NCBI GenBank assembly: GCA_947625435.1
Contig: CANQOI010000003.1
Location: 1,591 to 65,590 of the forward strand
From: an uncultured Clostridia bacterium
GTDB taxonomy: Bacteria; Bacillota; Clostridia; UBA1212; UBA1255
Direction: 5' to 3'
DNA length: 64,000 nt
The notes under the pieces are model-generated. The model did not search any database. It saw only the letters and a list, made by a program, of their open reading frames with translations, and was not told where the DNA came from. A program made the translations under genes and the position numbers. Shown piece after piece: positions 53,301 through 62,916 of this stretch. Each line of letters begins with the position of its first letter. Positions within the stretch are counted from its first letter, which is position 1.

Positions 53301-53852
53301 TTATTTCTTGCCTGCGCCGCCTGTTTTACCTTCTTTACGGCGTACAAATTCATCAACATATTTAATGCCTTTGCCCTTATACGGCTCGGGAGGCTTCTTG
53401 CTTCTGACTTTTGCGGCAAATTCTCCGACCATCTGTTTATCGGTTCCTTTAATTATTATCTTGTTCTGAGCAGGTACTTCTATCGTTATTCCTTCCGGCG
53501 GATCCATATTGATCTGATGTGAAAAGCCGACATTCAGGACCAACATCTTGCCCTGAAGCGCAGCTCTGTAACCTACGCCGTTAATCTCAAGCTCTTTAAC
53601 ATATCCCTTCGTTACCCCGTCCACCATATTCTGTATGAGAGAACGTGTAAGTCCGTGAAGCGAACGATCCTCTTTATCATCGCTCTTCCTTGTAACTACT
53701 ATAGAACCGCCATCTATGTTTATGTCGATCCTTGAATGAAACTGCTCAGTGAGCGTTCCTTTTGGTCCCTTCACCTGCAGCTTATGACCGTCTAAAAGCT
53801 CTACTGTTACGCCTTCAGGAATCACAACAGGTTTTTTACCTATTCTGGACAT
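53301..53852 (-). CDS. rplF: 50S ribosomal protein L6
   Basis: Canonical. Confidence 0.95.
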   Translation of the reverse strand: MSRIGKKPVVIPEGVTVELLDGHKLQVKGPKGTLTEQFHSRIDINIDGGSIVVTRKSDDKEDRSLHGLTRSLIQNMVDGVTKGYVKELEINGVGYRAALQGKMLVLNVGFSHQINMDPPEGITIEVPAQNKIIIKGTDKQMVGEFAAKVRSKKPPEPYKGKGIKYVDEFVRRKEGKTGGAGKK

Positions 53853-53944
53853 TTTACTATTTCCTCCAATCTTAAAATTCTGTACTGCCTCTCATATCCG
53901 GCAATACTTTTCAGATCATTTATATATTTCTGTTGGCATACCGA

Positions 53945-54343
53945 TCACCAAACGTAGGCCATTACTTCTCCGCCGATGCCGAGGCTTCTCGCCTTTTTAT
54001 CGGTCATTATACCGCTCGATGTCGATATGATAGCCACACCGAGTCCGCCGAGAACCTTCGGGAGCTCATCTTTTGATGCGTACACGCGGAGTCCCGGCTT
54101 TGATATACGCTTAATGCCGGATATTACAGGCCTCTTGCCCTCAGTATATTTAAGATACAGTCTGAGGACACCCTGCTTGCCGTCATCTATCGTCTGAACT
54201 TCCTTGACATATCCTTCTTCTTCCAAAATACGCGCGATAGCACTCTTCACATTCGAAGCAGGCACATCAACCGTTTCGTGTTTTGCTGTTCCCGCATTTC
54301 TTATACGCGTCAACATATCGGCTACAACATCAGTAATTTGCAT
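53945..54343 (-). CDS. rpsH: 30S ribosomal protein S8
   Basis: Canonical. Confidence 0.95.
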   Translation of the reverse strand: MQITDVVADMLTRIRNAGTAKHETVDVPASNVKSAIARILEEEGYVKEVQTIDDGKQGVLRLYLKYTEGKRPVISGIKRISKPGLRVYASKDELPKVLGGLGVAIISTSSGIMTDKKARSLGIGGEVMAYVW

Positions 54344-54370
54344 AATGCTAACCTCCTTTACTCTTATCTG

Positions 54371-54556
54371 TTACCAGCTGGCTTTCTTGACACCGGGTAT
54401 CTGTCCCTTATAAGCCAATTCTCTGAAACAAATACGGCAGATGCCATACTTTCTGATATATGCATGAGGACGTCCGCAGATCTTACATCTGTTGTATGCT
54501 CTCGTAGAATACTTAGGTGTCCTTTGTTGTTTTATTTTCATTGAAACCTTTGCCAT
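54371..54556 (-). CDS. rpsZ: 30S ribosomal protein S14 type Z (zinc-binding)
   Basis: 61 aa, CxxC...CxxC. Confidence 0.95.
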   Translation of the reverse strand: MAKVSMKIKQQRTPKYSTRAYNRCKICGRPHAYIRKYGICRICFRELAYKGQIPGVKKASW

Positions 54557-54570
54557 GGTCTACCTCCTTA

Positions 54571-55110
54571 TTACGAGTCAAACGGCATACCCATCATCTT
54601 GAGCAGCGCTTTTGCTTCTTCATCAGTCTTTGCCGTTGTGACAAAGATGATATCCATGCCTCTGACTTTATCAATCTTATCATATTCTATTTCAGGGAAA
54701 ATGATCTGCTCTTTAAGTCCGAGTGCGTAATTTCCGCGGCCGTCAAATGAATTTCCGGGTATTCCGTGAAAATCTCGAATACGGGGCAATGTAATGTTTA
54801 TAAGCTTATCCGCGAATGCATACATCCTTACGCCTCTGAGCGTTACCTTGCAGCCTATGTTCATTCCCTCACGTACCTTAAATGCGGCAACGGATTTTTT
54901 TGCCTTAGTTACGACCGGCTTTTGTCCGGTGATAAGAGAAAGATCGCTCACTGCGGATTCGATAGCCTTCGGGTTCTCCTTTACCTCTCCGAGTCCCATG
55001 TTTATGACTATCTTCTCAAGCTTAGGTATTTCCATTACATTCTTGTATTTGAACTGCTCCTGAAGAGCCGGCGCTATTTCTTTTTCATATTTTTCTTTAA
55101 GCCTTAACAT
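54571..55110 (-). CDS. rplE: 50S ribosomal protein L5
   Basis: Canonical. Confidence 0.95.
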   Translation of the reverse strand: MLRLKEKYEKEIAPALQEQFKYKNVMEIPKLEKIVINMGLGEVKENPKAIESAVSDLSLITGQKPVVTKAKKSVAAFKVREGMNIGCKVTLRGVRMYAFADKLINITLPRIRDFHGIPGNSFDGRGNYALGLKEQIIFPEIEYDKIDKVRGMDIIFVTTAKTDEEAKALLKMMGMPFDS

Positions 55111-55130
55111 TTATTATCCTCCATTCGAAA

Positions 55131-55505
55131 TCACTTCGTATAATCGGTGGTAGGAATTACGGCTCCGCAACCCTTCCTCTTACAAACACGCACCTTGATC
55201 TGCTTACCGTTTTCTTCTATGACCTTGTGTCCGGTCCTCGTAGGTTCTCCGCACTTAGGGCAGATCACCATGACATTAGACACATGTACGGGAGATTCCT
55301 TCTTTATGATTCCTCCCTGTTCCGTACGGCCCTTCGGCTTCTGGTGCTTGCTCACCATATTGTAGCCTTCAACGATTACCTGCTCCTTATCCGGAATAAC
55401 CGCGAGTACTTTGCCTGTAACGGTTCTGGGCTTGCCGTTTTTATCTTTCTGACGACGTGTGTTCAGAACTACTACTTTATCGCCCTTCTTAATATTCATA
55501 CTCAT
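55131..55505 (-). CDS. rplX: 50S ribosomal protein L24 (with Cys4 zinc-ribbon-like C-terminal region)
   Basis: KOW N-terminus. The C-terminus carries ICPKCG...VCKRKGCG, four Cys at positions that are non-Cys in B. subtilis L24. Confidence 0.9.
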   Translation of the reverse strand: MSMNIKKGDKVVVLNTRRQKDKNGKPRTVTGKVLAVIPDKEQVIVEGYNMVSKHQKPKGRTEQGGIIKKESPVHVSNVMVICPKCGEPTRTGHKVIEENGKQIKVRVCKRKGCGAVIPTTDYTK

Positions 55506-55520
55506 AATATTATCCTCCGA

Positions 55521-55889
55521 TCAAATAACTTCGGGAGCAAGCGAGACGATCTTCATAAAATCATTCTCTCTGAGCTCTCTTGCTACAGGTCCGAAAATAC
55601 GTGTTCCTCTCGGATTCATGTCATCCTTTATAAGAACAGCAGCGTTCTCGTCAAATCTTATATATGTTCCGTCTTCACGGCGAACTCCGCGCTTCGTGCG
55701 AACTATCACGCATTTAACGACATCGCCCTTCTTGACCATACCGCCCGGAGCGGCAGCTTTAACAGAGCATACTATTATATCTCCTATATTCGCATAACGG
55801 CGCCTGCTTCCGCCTATAACTTTGATGCACATCAATTCTTTAGCGCCGGTATTGTCTGCAACTTTAAGCCTAGTCTGTACTTGTACCAT
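55521..55889 (-). CDS. rplN: 50S ribosomal protein L14
   Basis: Canonical. Confidence 0.95.
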   Translation of the reverse strand: MVQVQTRLKVADNTGAKELMCIKVIGGSRRRYANIGDIIVCSVKAAAPGGMVKKGDVVKCVIVRTKRGVRREDGTYIRFDENAAVLIKDDMNPRGTRIFGPVARELRENDFMKIVSLAPEVI

Positions 55890-55910
55890 AACTTTTGCCT
55901 CCTATATTCG

Positions 55911-56168
55911 TTAGCGAGCCTTCTCTATGATAGAAGCCAGTCTCCACCGTTTGTCTTTACTGAGAGGCCGGGTTTCCATTACCTCAACGGTATCCCCCAC
56001 CTTCGCCTCGTTTGCTTCGTCATGGGCCTTTAATTTATATGTGGTCTTAACGACCTTCTTGTAGAGCGGATGCTTCACACTGTCGACCACCGCAACTACG
56101 ATAGTCTTATCCATCTTATCGCTGATAACCTTACCAACTCTTGTTTTTCTTAAATTTCTGTCTGCCAA
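55911..56168 (-). CDS. rpsQ: 30S ribosomal protein S17
   Basis: Canonical. Confidence 0.95.
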   Translation of the reverse strand: MADRNLRKTRVGKVISDKMDKTIVVAVVDSVKHPLYKKVVKTTYKLKAHDEANEAKVGDTVEVMETRPLSKDKRWRLASIIEKAR

Positions 56169-56194
56169 ATTAAACTACCTCCTTCCGAAGCTTC

Positions 56195-56410
56195 TCATTT
56201 CTGCTCAGAAGCAAGTTCTCTTGCTCTGATGGCAGTCTTCACACGCGCGATGTCACGCTTTAAAAACTTTAATTTCATAGGGTTATCTATCGGGCTGGTA
56301 GCATTCTTGAAACGGAGCTTAAAAAGCTCTTCTTTCAGGGATGCTTCTTCCTTTTTCAATTCTTCAATCGACATTTTACTTAAATTATCATTGAAATCCT
56401 TAGCCTTCAT
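56195..56410 (-). CDS. rpmC: 50S ribosomal protein L29
   Basis: Canonical. Confidence 0.9.
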   Translation of the reverse strand: MKAKDFNDNLSKMSIEELKKEEASLKEELFKLRFKNATSPIDNPMKLKFLKRDIARVKTAIRARELASEQK

Positions 56411-56840
56411 TTACATCACCCTCCGTTTCTGTCTGTTCGCGAGCGATTATCTTGCATTTTACGGGAAGCTTATGCATCGCAAGGCGCAGTGCTTCTCTGC
56501 AAAGATCTTCGCTTACGCCTGCCACCTCGAAAAGAACTCTGCCGGGTTTAACTACAGCTACCCAATACTCGGGATTACCTTTACCGGAACCCATTCGTAC
56601 TTCCGCAGGTTTCTTTGTAACAGGTTTATCGGGGAATATTTTGATCCAAACCTTACCGCCTCTTTTGATAGAACGCGTCAGTGCGATACGGGCAGCTTCT
56701 ATCTGATTGCTTGTTATCCAACCGCACTCGGTGGACTGGAGGCCGAACTCACCCTGAGAAACAACATTGCCTCTCGAGGCTACGCCTTTCATTCTGCCTC
56801 TCTGCACTTTTCTGTGCTTGACTCTTTTAGGCATTAACAT
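56400..56840 (-). CDS. rplP: 50S ribosomal protein L16
   Basis: Canonical. Confidence 0.95.
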   Translation of the reverse strand: MLMPKRVKHRKVQRGRMKGVASRGNVVSQGEFGLQSTECGWITSNQIEAARIALTRSIKRGGKVWIKIFPDKPVTKKPAEVRMGSGKGNPEYWVAVVKPGRVLFEVAGVSEDLCREALRLAMHKLPVKCKIIAREQTETEGDVNEG

Positions 56841-56842
56841 AA

Positions 56843-57523
56843 TTATTCCTCGCTCCCTTCTGAATTCGCCGCACCTGCGTTTTTAGCTGCAGGCAGGACT
56901 TCTCCTTTGTAAATCCAGACTTTAACACCGATCTTGCCGTATGTGGTATTAGCTTCCGCAAATCCGTAATCTATATCGGCTCTCAGTGTCTGAAGCGGTA
57001 TCGTACCCTCGTGATAATGTTCGCTGCGTGCGATCTCGGCGCCGCCGAGTCTTCCGCTGCATGCGGTCTTGATACCGAGTGCTCCCGCGCGCATTGTTCT
57101 GAGCATTACCTGCTTCATCGCTCTTCTGAATGTTATACGCTTTTCAAGCTGAGCTGCTATGTTCTCGGCGCAGAGCTGCGCATCGAGATCGGGATTCTTC
57201 ACTTGGAAAACATTTATCGAAACTATCTTGCCCGTCATTTTCTCGAGCTCATTCTTAAGCTCATCTTTTATCGCGCCGTTCTTGCCGATAACGAAGCCGG
57301 GCTTTGCGGTTTCTATATTTACGAGAACTTTATTCGCCGTTCTCTCTATCTTTATCCTTGATATTTCAGCCGTATAAAGCTTCTTCTTGACATAAGTCCT
57401 TATCTTGTTATCTTCCACGAGGAAATCCGCAAAATTCTTTTTATTTGCGTACCATTTGGAATCCCAGTCCTTTATTACTCCCACTCTGAGTCCGTGAGGA
57501 TTAACCTTCTGTCCCATACTCAA
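56843..57523 (-). CDS. rpsC: 30S ribosomal protein S3
   Basis: Canonical. Confidence 0.95.
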   Translation of the reverse strand: MSMGQKVNPHGLRVGVIKDWDSKWYANKKNFADFLVEDNKIRTYVKKKLYTAEISRIKIERTANKVLVNIETAKPGFVIGKNGAIKDELKNELEKMTGKIVSINVFQVKNPDLDAQLCAENIAAQLEKRITFRRAMKQVMLRTMRAGALGIKTACSGRLGGAEIARSEHYHEGTIPLQTLRADIDYGFAEANTTYGKIGVKVWIYKGEVLPAAKNAGAANSEGSEE

Positions 57524-57532
57524 CCTCCTCCA

Positions 57533-58009
57533 TTAGTCTCTTTCTTTCAGTACCACGGTAATGTGGCTTGTTCTCTTGTTTATACGCGTTCCGCGCCCTC
57601 TGGCTACCGCGCGCATACGTTTGAGAGTCGGTCCCTGATTTGCGTAGCAATCGGCAACATATAACTTATCGCTGTCAAGTTCAAAATTATTTACCGCATT
57701 TGCTTCAGCCGAATGCAGAAGCTTGTATATAAGCTCGGAGGCGGCCTTAGGCGTAAATCTTACGATAGCGTATGCTTCTTGAAGATCCTTACCTTTGATA
57801 AGATCAAGCACGATCTTAACCTTCCTGGCTGAAATCCTCGCATAATTCAGCGTTGCCTTACCCTGATCTCTGCCGATACCCAGCACCTTACGTTCACGCT
57901 TTGAAAGAATGAAAGGTTTGTTGTTCTTGCCCGACTGAGAGTTATATTGTTTTATCAGTTCTTCTCTTCTTGACAGAAGTTCAGATTCGCTCAAAATTTT
58001 TCTTTCCAA
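57533..58009 (-). CDS. rplV: 50S ribosomal protein L22 (with ~48-aa N-terminal extension if the annotated start is used)
   Basis: The core (ARISARKVKIVLDLIKGK...RINKRTSHITVV) is canonical. Only 18 nt separate it from rpsS with the long start. Confidence 0.9.
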   Translation of the reverse strand: MERKILSESELLSRREELIKQYNSQSGKNNKPFILSKRERKVLGIGRDQGKATLNYARISARKVKIVLDLIKGKDLQEAYAIVRFTPKAASELIYKLLHSAEANAVNNFELDSDKLYVADCYANQGPTLKRMRAVARGRGTRINKRTSHITVVLKERD

Positions 58010-58027
58010 AGAAATTCCTCCTTTACA

Positions 58028-58315
58028 TCAGCGCTTTACGGAGCTGGATTTTTCACTCTTGTTTGCATGGCCTCTGTAAGTTCTCGTAGGAGCAAATTCA
58101 CCAAGCTTATGTCCGACCATTTCTTCTGTTATATATACAGGCACATGCTTGCGTCCGTCATGAACAGCTATCGTGTGACCTACCATCTGCGGGAAGATCG
58201 TAGATGCTCTCGACCACGTTTTGATGACGATCTTCTCGTTCTTTTCATTCATAGCTTCTATTCGCTTTAAAAGTTTCTCCTGTACAAAAGGCCCTTTCTT
58301 AACAGATCTACTCAT
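58028..58315 (-). CDS. rpsS: 30S ribosomal protein S19
   Basis: Canonical. Confidence 0.95.
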   Translation of the reverse strand: MSRSVKKGPFVQEKLLKRIEAMNEKNEKIVIKTWSRASTIFPQMVGHTIAVHDGRKHVPVYITEEMVGHKLGEFAPTRTYRGHANKSEKSSSVKR

Positions 58316-58333
58316 GCTGCAACCTCCTTAAGA

Positions 58334-59167
58334 TTACTTACTGTTCCTTCTTCTGACGATATACTTATCAGAAGCTTTATTCTTCTTCCTTGTCTTGTAT
58401 CCGAGGGTTGGCTTACCCCAAGGAGTAACAGGACTCGGCATACCGACAGGAGACTTGCCTTCGCCGCCGCCGTGAGGGTGGTCGCACGGGTTCATTACTA
58501 CACCGCGTACCGTAGGACGTATTCCCATCCATCTTTTTCTTCCGGCTTTACCTATCGTAATATTCTCGTGGTCAAGGTTGCCTACCTGCCCGATCGTTGC
58601 CTTGCAGAGCTGCGGTATGAGACGAACCTCTCCGGAGCCGAGGCGGACCTGCGCAAATCCGTTTTCCTTAGCCATGAGCTGAGCGGACGAGCCTGCGGAT
58701 CTTACAAGCTGAGCTCCCTTTCCGGGCTTCATTTCTATGTTGTGGATTATAGTACCTATCGGTATATCCTTAAGTGCGAGAGCATTTCCCGGTAAAATGT
58801 CGGCTCCTTCTCCCGACAGTACCTTATCTCCCACTTTAAGTCCGTCCGGATGAAGTATATATCTCTTCTCTCCGTCGGCATAAACGAGCAATGCTATGTT
58901 GGCGGATCTGTTAGGATCGTACTCCACAGATACAACCTTTGCGGGTATACCCTCTTTATCTCTCTTGAAGTCAATTATTCTGTACTGTCTCTTAGTGCCG
59001 CCGCCCTGATGACGAACGGTAATCCTTCCGTATGAGTTTCTGCCTGCGTTCTTCTTGACAGGAGTCATGAGCGACTTAACGCTGCTCTTAGCGGTTATCT
59101 CCTCAAAAGTCGAGACCGTCATCGTTCTTCTGGAAGGTGTTGTCGGATTATATTTCTTAATACCCAT
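58334..59167 (-). CDS. rplB: 50S ribosomal protein L2
   Basis: Canonical. Confidence 0.95.
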   Translation of the reverse strand: MGIKKYNPTTPSRRTMTVSTFEEITAKSSVKSLMTPVKKNAGRNSYGRITVRHQGGGTKRQYRIIDFKRDKEGIPAKVVSVEYDPNRSANIALLVYADGEKRYILHPDGLKVGDKVLSGEGADILPGNALALKDIPIGTIIHNIEMKPGKGAQLVRSAGSSAQLMAKENGFAQVRLGSGEVRLIPQLCKATIGQVGNLDHENITIGKAGRKRWMGIRPTVRGVVMNPCDHPHGGGEGKSPVGMPSPVTPWGKPTLGYKTRKKNKASDKYIVRRRNSK

Positions 59168-59185
59168 TTCACTGTCCTCCTAAGC

Positions 59186-59539
59186 TTACTGAGCGAATCC
59201 GAAGTCTTCGATCGAATTCTTATACTTCTTTGTTTTCTTCTCTCCGCCGACAGTATATTCAACAGCCTGGGGATCGGTATCGATCGTAATGACTGCCTTC
59301 TTCCACTTCGGAGTATATCCTACTGCCATTCCCGAATTCTGCCTGCGGCTTCTTTTCTTACCGTCATAGCGCATCGTGTTCACTGCCAGCACTTTGACTT
59401 CAAAGATCTTCTCTGCGGCTTTCTTTATGTCGATCTTTGTGGCGTTTACATCAACAACAAAAGTATATCTGCCCTCTGCCGCGGCTTCGGTGCTTTTTTC
59501 TGTTATGTGGGGACGAATAATTATATCATATGCGTTCAT
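59186..59539 (-). CDS. rplW: 50S ribosomal protein L23
   Basis: Canonical core, C-terminal extension. Confidence 0.9.
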   Translation of the reverse strand: MNAYDIIIRPHITEKSTEAAAEGRYTFVVDVNATKIDIKKAAEKIFEVKVLAVNTMRYDGKKRSRRQNSGMAVGYTPKWKKAVITIDTDPQAVEYTVGGEKKTKKYKNSIEDFGFAQ

Positions 59540-60174
59540 GCGTACACCTCCGAAATTTTACTTAAAGCGTCTTTGGTTACGATGAATTTGCCGTGACGCA
59601 GTATGTCGTATACGTTGATTGTATTTACGTATGCCGTATCCACACCCTTGATATTGCTCGCCGATTTAACAACATTGATATCCTTCTCCGGTATTACCAC
59701 GAGAGCGCTTCCGTTAGTGCGTCCGTCGGAAACTCCGAGATTCCTGAGAACTTCCACCATGTTCTTTGTCTTGATTCCTTCAAATCCGAGCGTATCGAGA
59801 ACTATTATGTCGCCGTCATTCGCCTTGCTTGTAAGTGACGACTTGATCGCCAGTCTCTTTACTTTCTTAGGTATGGTATAACTGTAATCTCTCGGTTTGG
59901 GTCCGAACACGATACCGCCGTGTATCCACTGCGCGGATCTCGTACTTCCCTGTCTCGCACGGCCTGTGCCCTTCTGTCTGTAAGGCTTCTTGCCGCCTCC
60001 GCTCACTTCGCTCTTTACGAGCGTTGAGTGCGTTCCCTGACGCTTATTCGCAAGATTGTTCACAACCGCAGCGTGCATGCAGTATGTGTTGACCTCCACG
60101 CCGAATATATTGCTGTCGAGTTCTATCTCCTCAACAACTTCTCCCTTCATATTATAAACATTTACTTTTGGCAT
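59536..60174 (-). CDS. rplD: 50S ribosomal protein L4
   Basis: [12 protein letters not shown]... The ATGA overlap with rplW is present. Confidence 0.95.
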   Translation of the reverse strand: MPKVNVYNMKGEVVEEIELDSNIFGVEVNTYCMHAAVVNNLANKRQGTHSTLVKSEVSGGGKKPYRQKGTGRARQGSTRSAQWIHGGIVFGPKPRDYSYTIPKKVKRLAIKSSLTSKANDGDIIVLDTLGFEGIKTKNMVEVLRNLGVSDGRTNGSALVVIPEKDINVVKSASNIKGVDTAYVNTINVYDILRHGKFIVTKDALSKISEVYA

Positions 60175-60194
60175 GATTTCTTCCTCCTTCCGCG

Positions 60195-60827
60195 TCACGC
60201 TTTAACCGATTCTCTTATCTCAAGGAGTCCGCCCTTGGGGCCCGGAATTGCGCCTTTTATAAGAAGAAGATTCCTGTCACCGTCAACCTTAACGACAGTC
60301 AGGTTTTGTACTGTCACTCTCTCTGCTCCCATATGTCCCGGCATGTTCTTTCCTTTGAAGACCTTGCCCGGATCCGTGTTGGCGCCCATGGAACCTACAC
60401 CTCTGTGATACTTGGAACCGTGAGACTTCGGTCCTATCTTCTGTCCGTGTCTCTTGATGGCACCCTGGTATCCTTTACCTTTTGATGTGCCGCTCACGTC
60501 TACGCTGTCTCCGTCCTTGAACATGTCCGTTACGGTGATCGTCTGTCCGAGCTCATACGTATCGGCATTCTCGGGTTTGAATTCTCTGAGATACTTGAAG
60601 CCGCTCATTTCGAGCTTATCGAAAAGGCCCTTCTCGGGTTTGTTGAGCTTCTTCTTGTCTACTTCGCCGTAAGCTATCTTAACAGCGCTATAGCTGTCTG
60701 TTTCTTCAGTCTTCTTCTGCACGACAGTGCAGGGACCTGCAAGCACTACAGTGATCGGCGTACATTTGCCGTCAGCGTCAAAAATCTGAGTCATTCCGAT
60801 TTTTGTTCCTAAAATAAAATTCTTCAT
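60195..60827 (-). CDS. rplC: 50S ribosomal protein L3
   Basis: Canonical. Confidence 0.95.
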   Translation of the reverse strand: MKNFILGTKIGMTQIFDADGKCTPITVVLAGPCTVVQKKTEETDSYSAVKIAYGEVDKKKLNKPEKGLFDKLEMSGFKYLREFKPENADTYELGQTITVTDMFKDGDSVDVSGTSKGKGYQGAIKRHGQKIGPKSHGSKYHRGVGSMGANTDPGKVFKGKNMPGHMGAERVTVQNLTVVKVDGDRNLLLIKGAIPGPKGGLLEIRESVKA

Positions 60828-60922
60828 TTACTGCTTTACCTCCTGATTGGTTATTGGTTCCCGAGGGAACTTGACCGGTTCCACGCCCTGCAGGGCGGAA
60901 CCCGGGTAACGCGATCAAAGTA

Positions 60923-61240
60923 TCACTGTTTAACTTTGATCTCTATATCCACGCCTGCCGGCAGATCGAGACGCATGAGTGCGTCAACAGTCTTGGGCGA
61001 AGGCATAAGGATGTCTATGAGCCTCTTGTGTGTCCTCATTTCAAACTGTTCGCGCGAATCTTTATATTTATGAGGAGCACGAAGTATCGTTACGACTTCT
61101 CTGTCTGTCGGGAGCGGTATCGGACCTGAAACCACGGCATCCGTGCGTTTTGCAGTGTCGACGATCTTCTGAGCCGCCTGATCGAGCAGCTGGAAATCGT
61201 AAGCCTTTAATTTGATTCTGATTTTCTGTTTGTTTGCCAT
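60923..61240 (-). CDS. rpsJ: 30S ribosomal protein S10
   Basis: Canonical. Confidence 0.95.
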   Translation of the reverse strand: MANKQKIRIKLKAYDFQLLDQAAQKIVDTAKRTDAVVSGPIPLPTDREVVTILRAPHKYKDSREQFEMRTHKRLIDILMPSPKTVDALMRLDLPAGVDIEIKVKQ

Positions 61241-61559
61241 ACATAATCCTCTTTCTTTAGATGTTTTGTTACGTATAACAGCTTGCGCACCTTTTCTGTT
61301 TTTCTGTCACCGTGCCGTGTGTTTCACGTTTTGGGCAATAAAAAAACCAAATTGAAATATCCTTCTTCGGAAGGATTCCAAGTTGGGCATAAAATCTGAA
61401 ACATACAGCAGAATAACATCTATACAGTATTCAGTGCATGACTTGTCGCCCGGTTTCACGAATCGGACATTCTCCACATGAGTTACCTGCCCATGCACGG
61501 TTGATCATCCGCGCGGCAGCAATCTCCTGCTTCATCGTCTGTCAAGTCGCAACAGGCGA

Positions 61560-61588
61560 ATTATACTCTATACGATATGAGATGGCAA
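61560..61588 (-). promoter_or_regulatory. sigma-A promoter of the S10 operon with ~310-nt leader
   Basis: On the minus strand: TTGCCA (61583-61588), 17-nt spacer, TATAAT (61560-61565). The leader contains the hairpin ATCCTTC-TTCG-GAAGGAT (61361-61379), followed on the minus strand by TTTCAATTTGGTTTTTTTATTG. Confidence 0.5.
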
Positions 61589-61828
61589 GCCCTTTTTACC
61601 GGGCGCAGCGGGCTTTGGATTGTAAACTTTTTGTGAACAAACGGCGTTTCAAAATAAAGAAAGGGAGCGGCACCCTCACGTGAATTATTAGGGGAGAGAT
61701 TCACAATCGATAAAAAAGAGGTATGCACGAACTCCCATGGGCGTATGATACATCACGAATATGAATTAAAAACACTTATTAAGCTAACGAAATGTTAACT
61801 AAAACCGCTCTGTTTACGGGCATTATAT

Positions 61829-62689
61829 TCAGTCGTGCAGTCCCTTCGTTTCCCTGACCTCATTTACTATTATGAAAGCGTTCGGGTCGCACTTATCTAC
61901 TATCTTCCTTATCTGCGGGAGCTGCCTGTTATATACGATGCACCAGAGTATAGAAACGGATTTTCCTGTGTACATTCCCTCTCCCGTGAGCTTTGTGACG
62001 CCTCTTTTCATATGTTCGAGTATCTCCTGCGCCATTTCGTCCGGGTTCTCGGTGACTATATAAAGCTCCTTTGCGTAGTTGACGCCCGCTTCCACCACAT
62101 CTATTATTTTCGAAGATACGAACACTGCTATCCCGCTGTACAGCGCCGCTATGGCCGATCTGAACGTCACTGTGACTATCACGAGGAAAAGTATGTCAAA
62201 AAACAGCACGAGCTGTCCGAGAGTGAGCCAGCTCATTTTACGTTGGAGGAGACGCGCACCTATATCGGTTCCTCCCGTCGTGGCGCCGCCCCTGAATATC
62301 ATGCCGTAGCCTATCCCTATGAAAAGTCCTCCCCATATCGCGTACAGCATCGTATGTGATTCTCCCTCCGCGTAAAATATTTTATAAACACTCCGGGGAA
62401 GGTGCGTGCACAGATCTACCATGACGGAGAAGAGGAATGTGCCCACGAAGCTTTTTATCGTAAACTCCTTGCCGAGAACTTTATAGCCAAGAATAAAAAG
62501 CGGCACATTGAGTACGAGCGTCATGAGACCTACAGGGAGCAGTCCTTTCGATACGGTGTTTATTATAACGGCAAGTCCGGATATGCCTCCCGGCGCTATG
62601 TTGTTTGGCTCCAGGAACAGATTGAGCCCTACGGCCGATATAAAAGAGCCGAACAGTATCATGGCTGTTTTCATTATCTTTTTTTTCAA
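61829..62689 (-). CDS. YitT-family (DUF161/DUF2179) membrane protein
   Basis: 286 aa. Multiple TM helices plus a C-terminal DUF2179-like soluble domain. Confidence 0.65.
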   Translation of the reverse strand: MKKKIMKTAMILFGSFISAVGLNLFLEPNNIAPGGISGLAVIINTVSKGLLPVGLMTLVLNVPLFILGYKVLGKEFTIKSFVGTFLFSVMVDLCTHLPRSVYKIFYAEGESHTMLYAIWGGLFIGIGYGMIFRGGATTGGTDIGARLLQRKMSWLTLGQLVLFFDILFLVIVTVTFRSAIAALYSGIAVFVSSKIIDVVEAGVNYAKELYIVTENPDEMAQEILEHMKRGVTKLTGEGMYTGKSVSILWCIVYNRQLPQIRKIVDKCDPNAFIIVNEVRETKGLHD

Positions 62690-62916
62690 AAAAACGCCTC
62701 CCGGTACATCATCTTTTCATTCTCTATTATACATCGCGGTAAAATGCAATATGCCGCGTACGCTGTGTTATATTTTACATTAAGCGGGAGCATTTTTAAA
62801 GTAAAAATTTATTCATCAAACTGCTTTTTATTTTGCCAAAAGACAAGTTGCAATTAAAGTAAAACTATGCTATAAAAAGACCGTTGTAAAAATACTCCGA
62901 AGGATGGTAAACCCAT

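Noticed and set aside
61307-61498. 63-aa minus-strand ORF in the S10 leader
   Set aside because: It lies inside the predicted 5' leader, has no RBS and an odd composition. It is more likely non-coding leader sequence.
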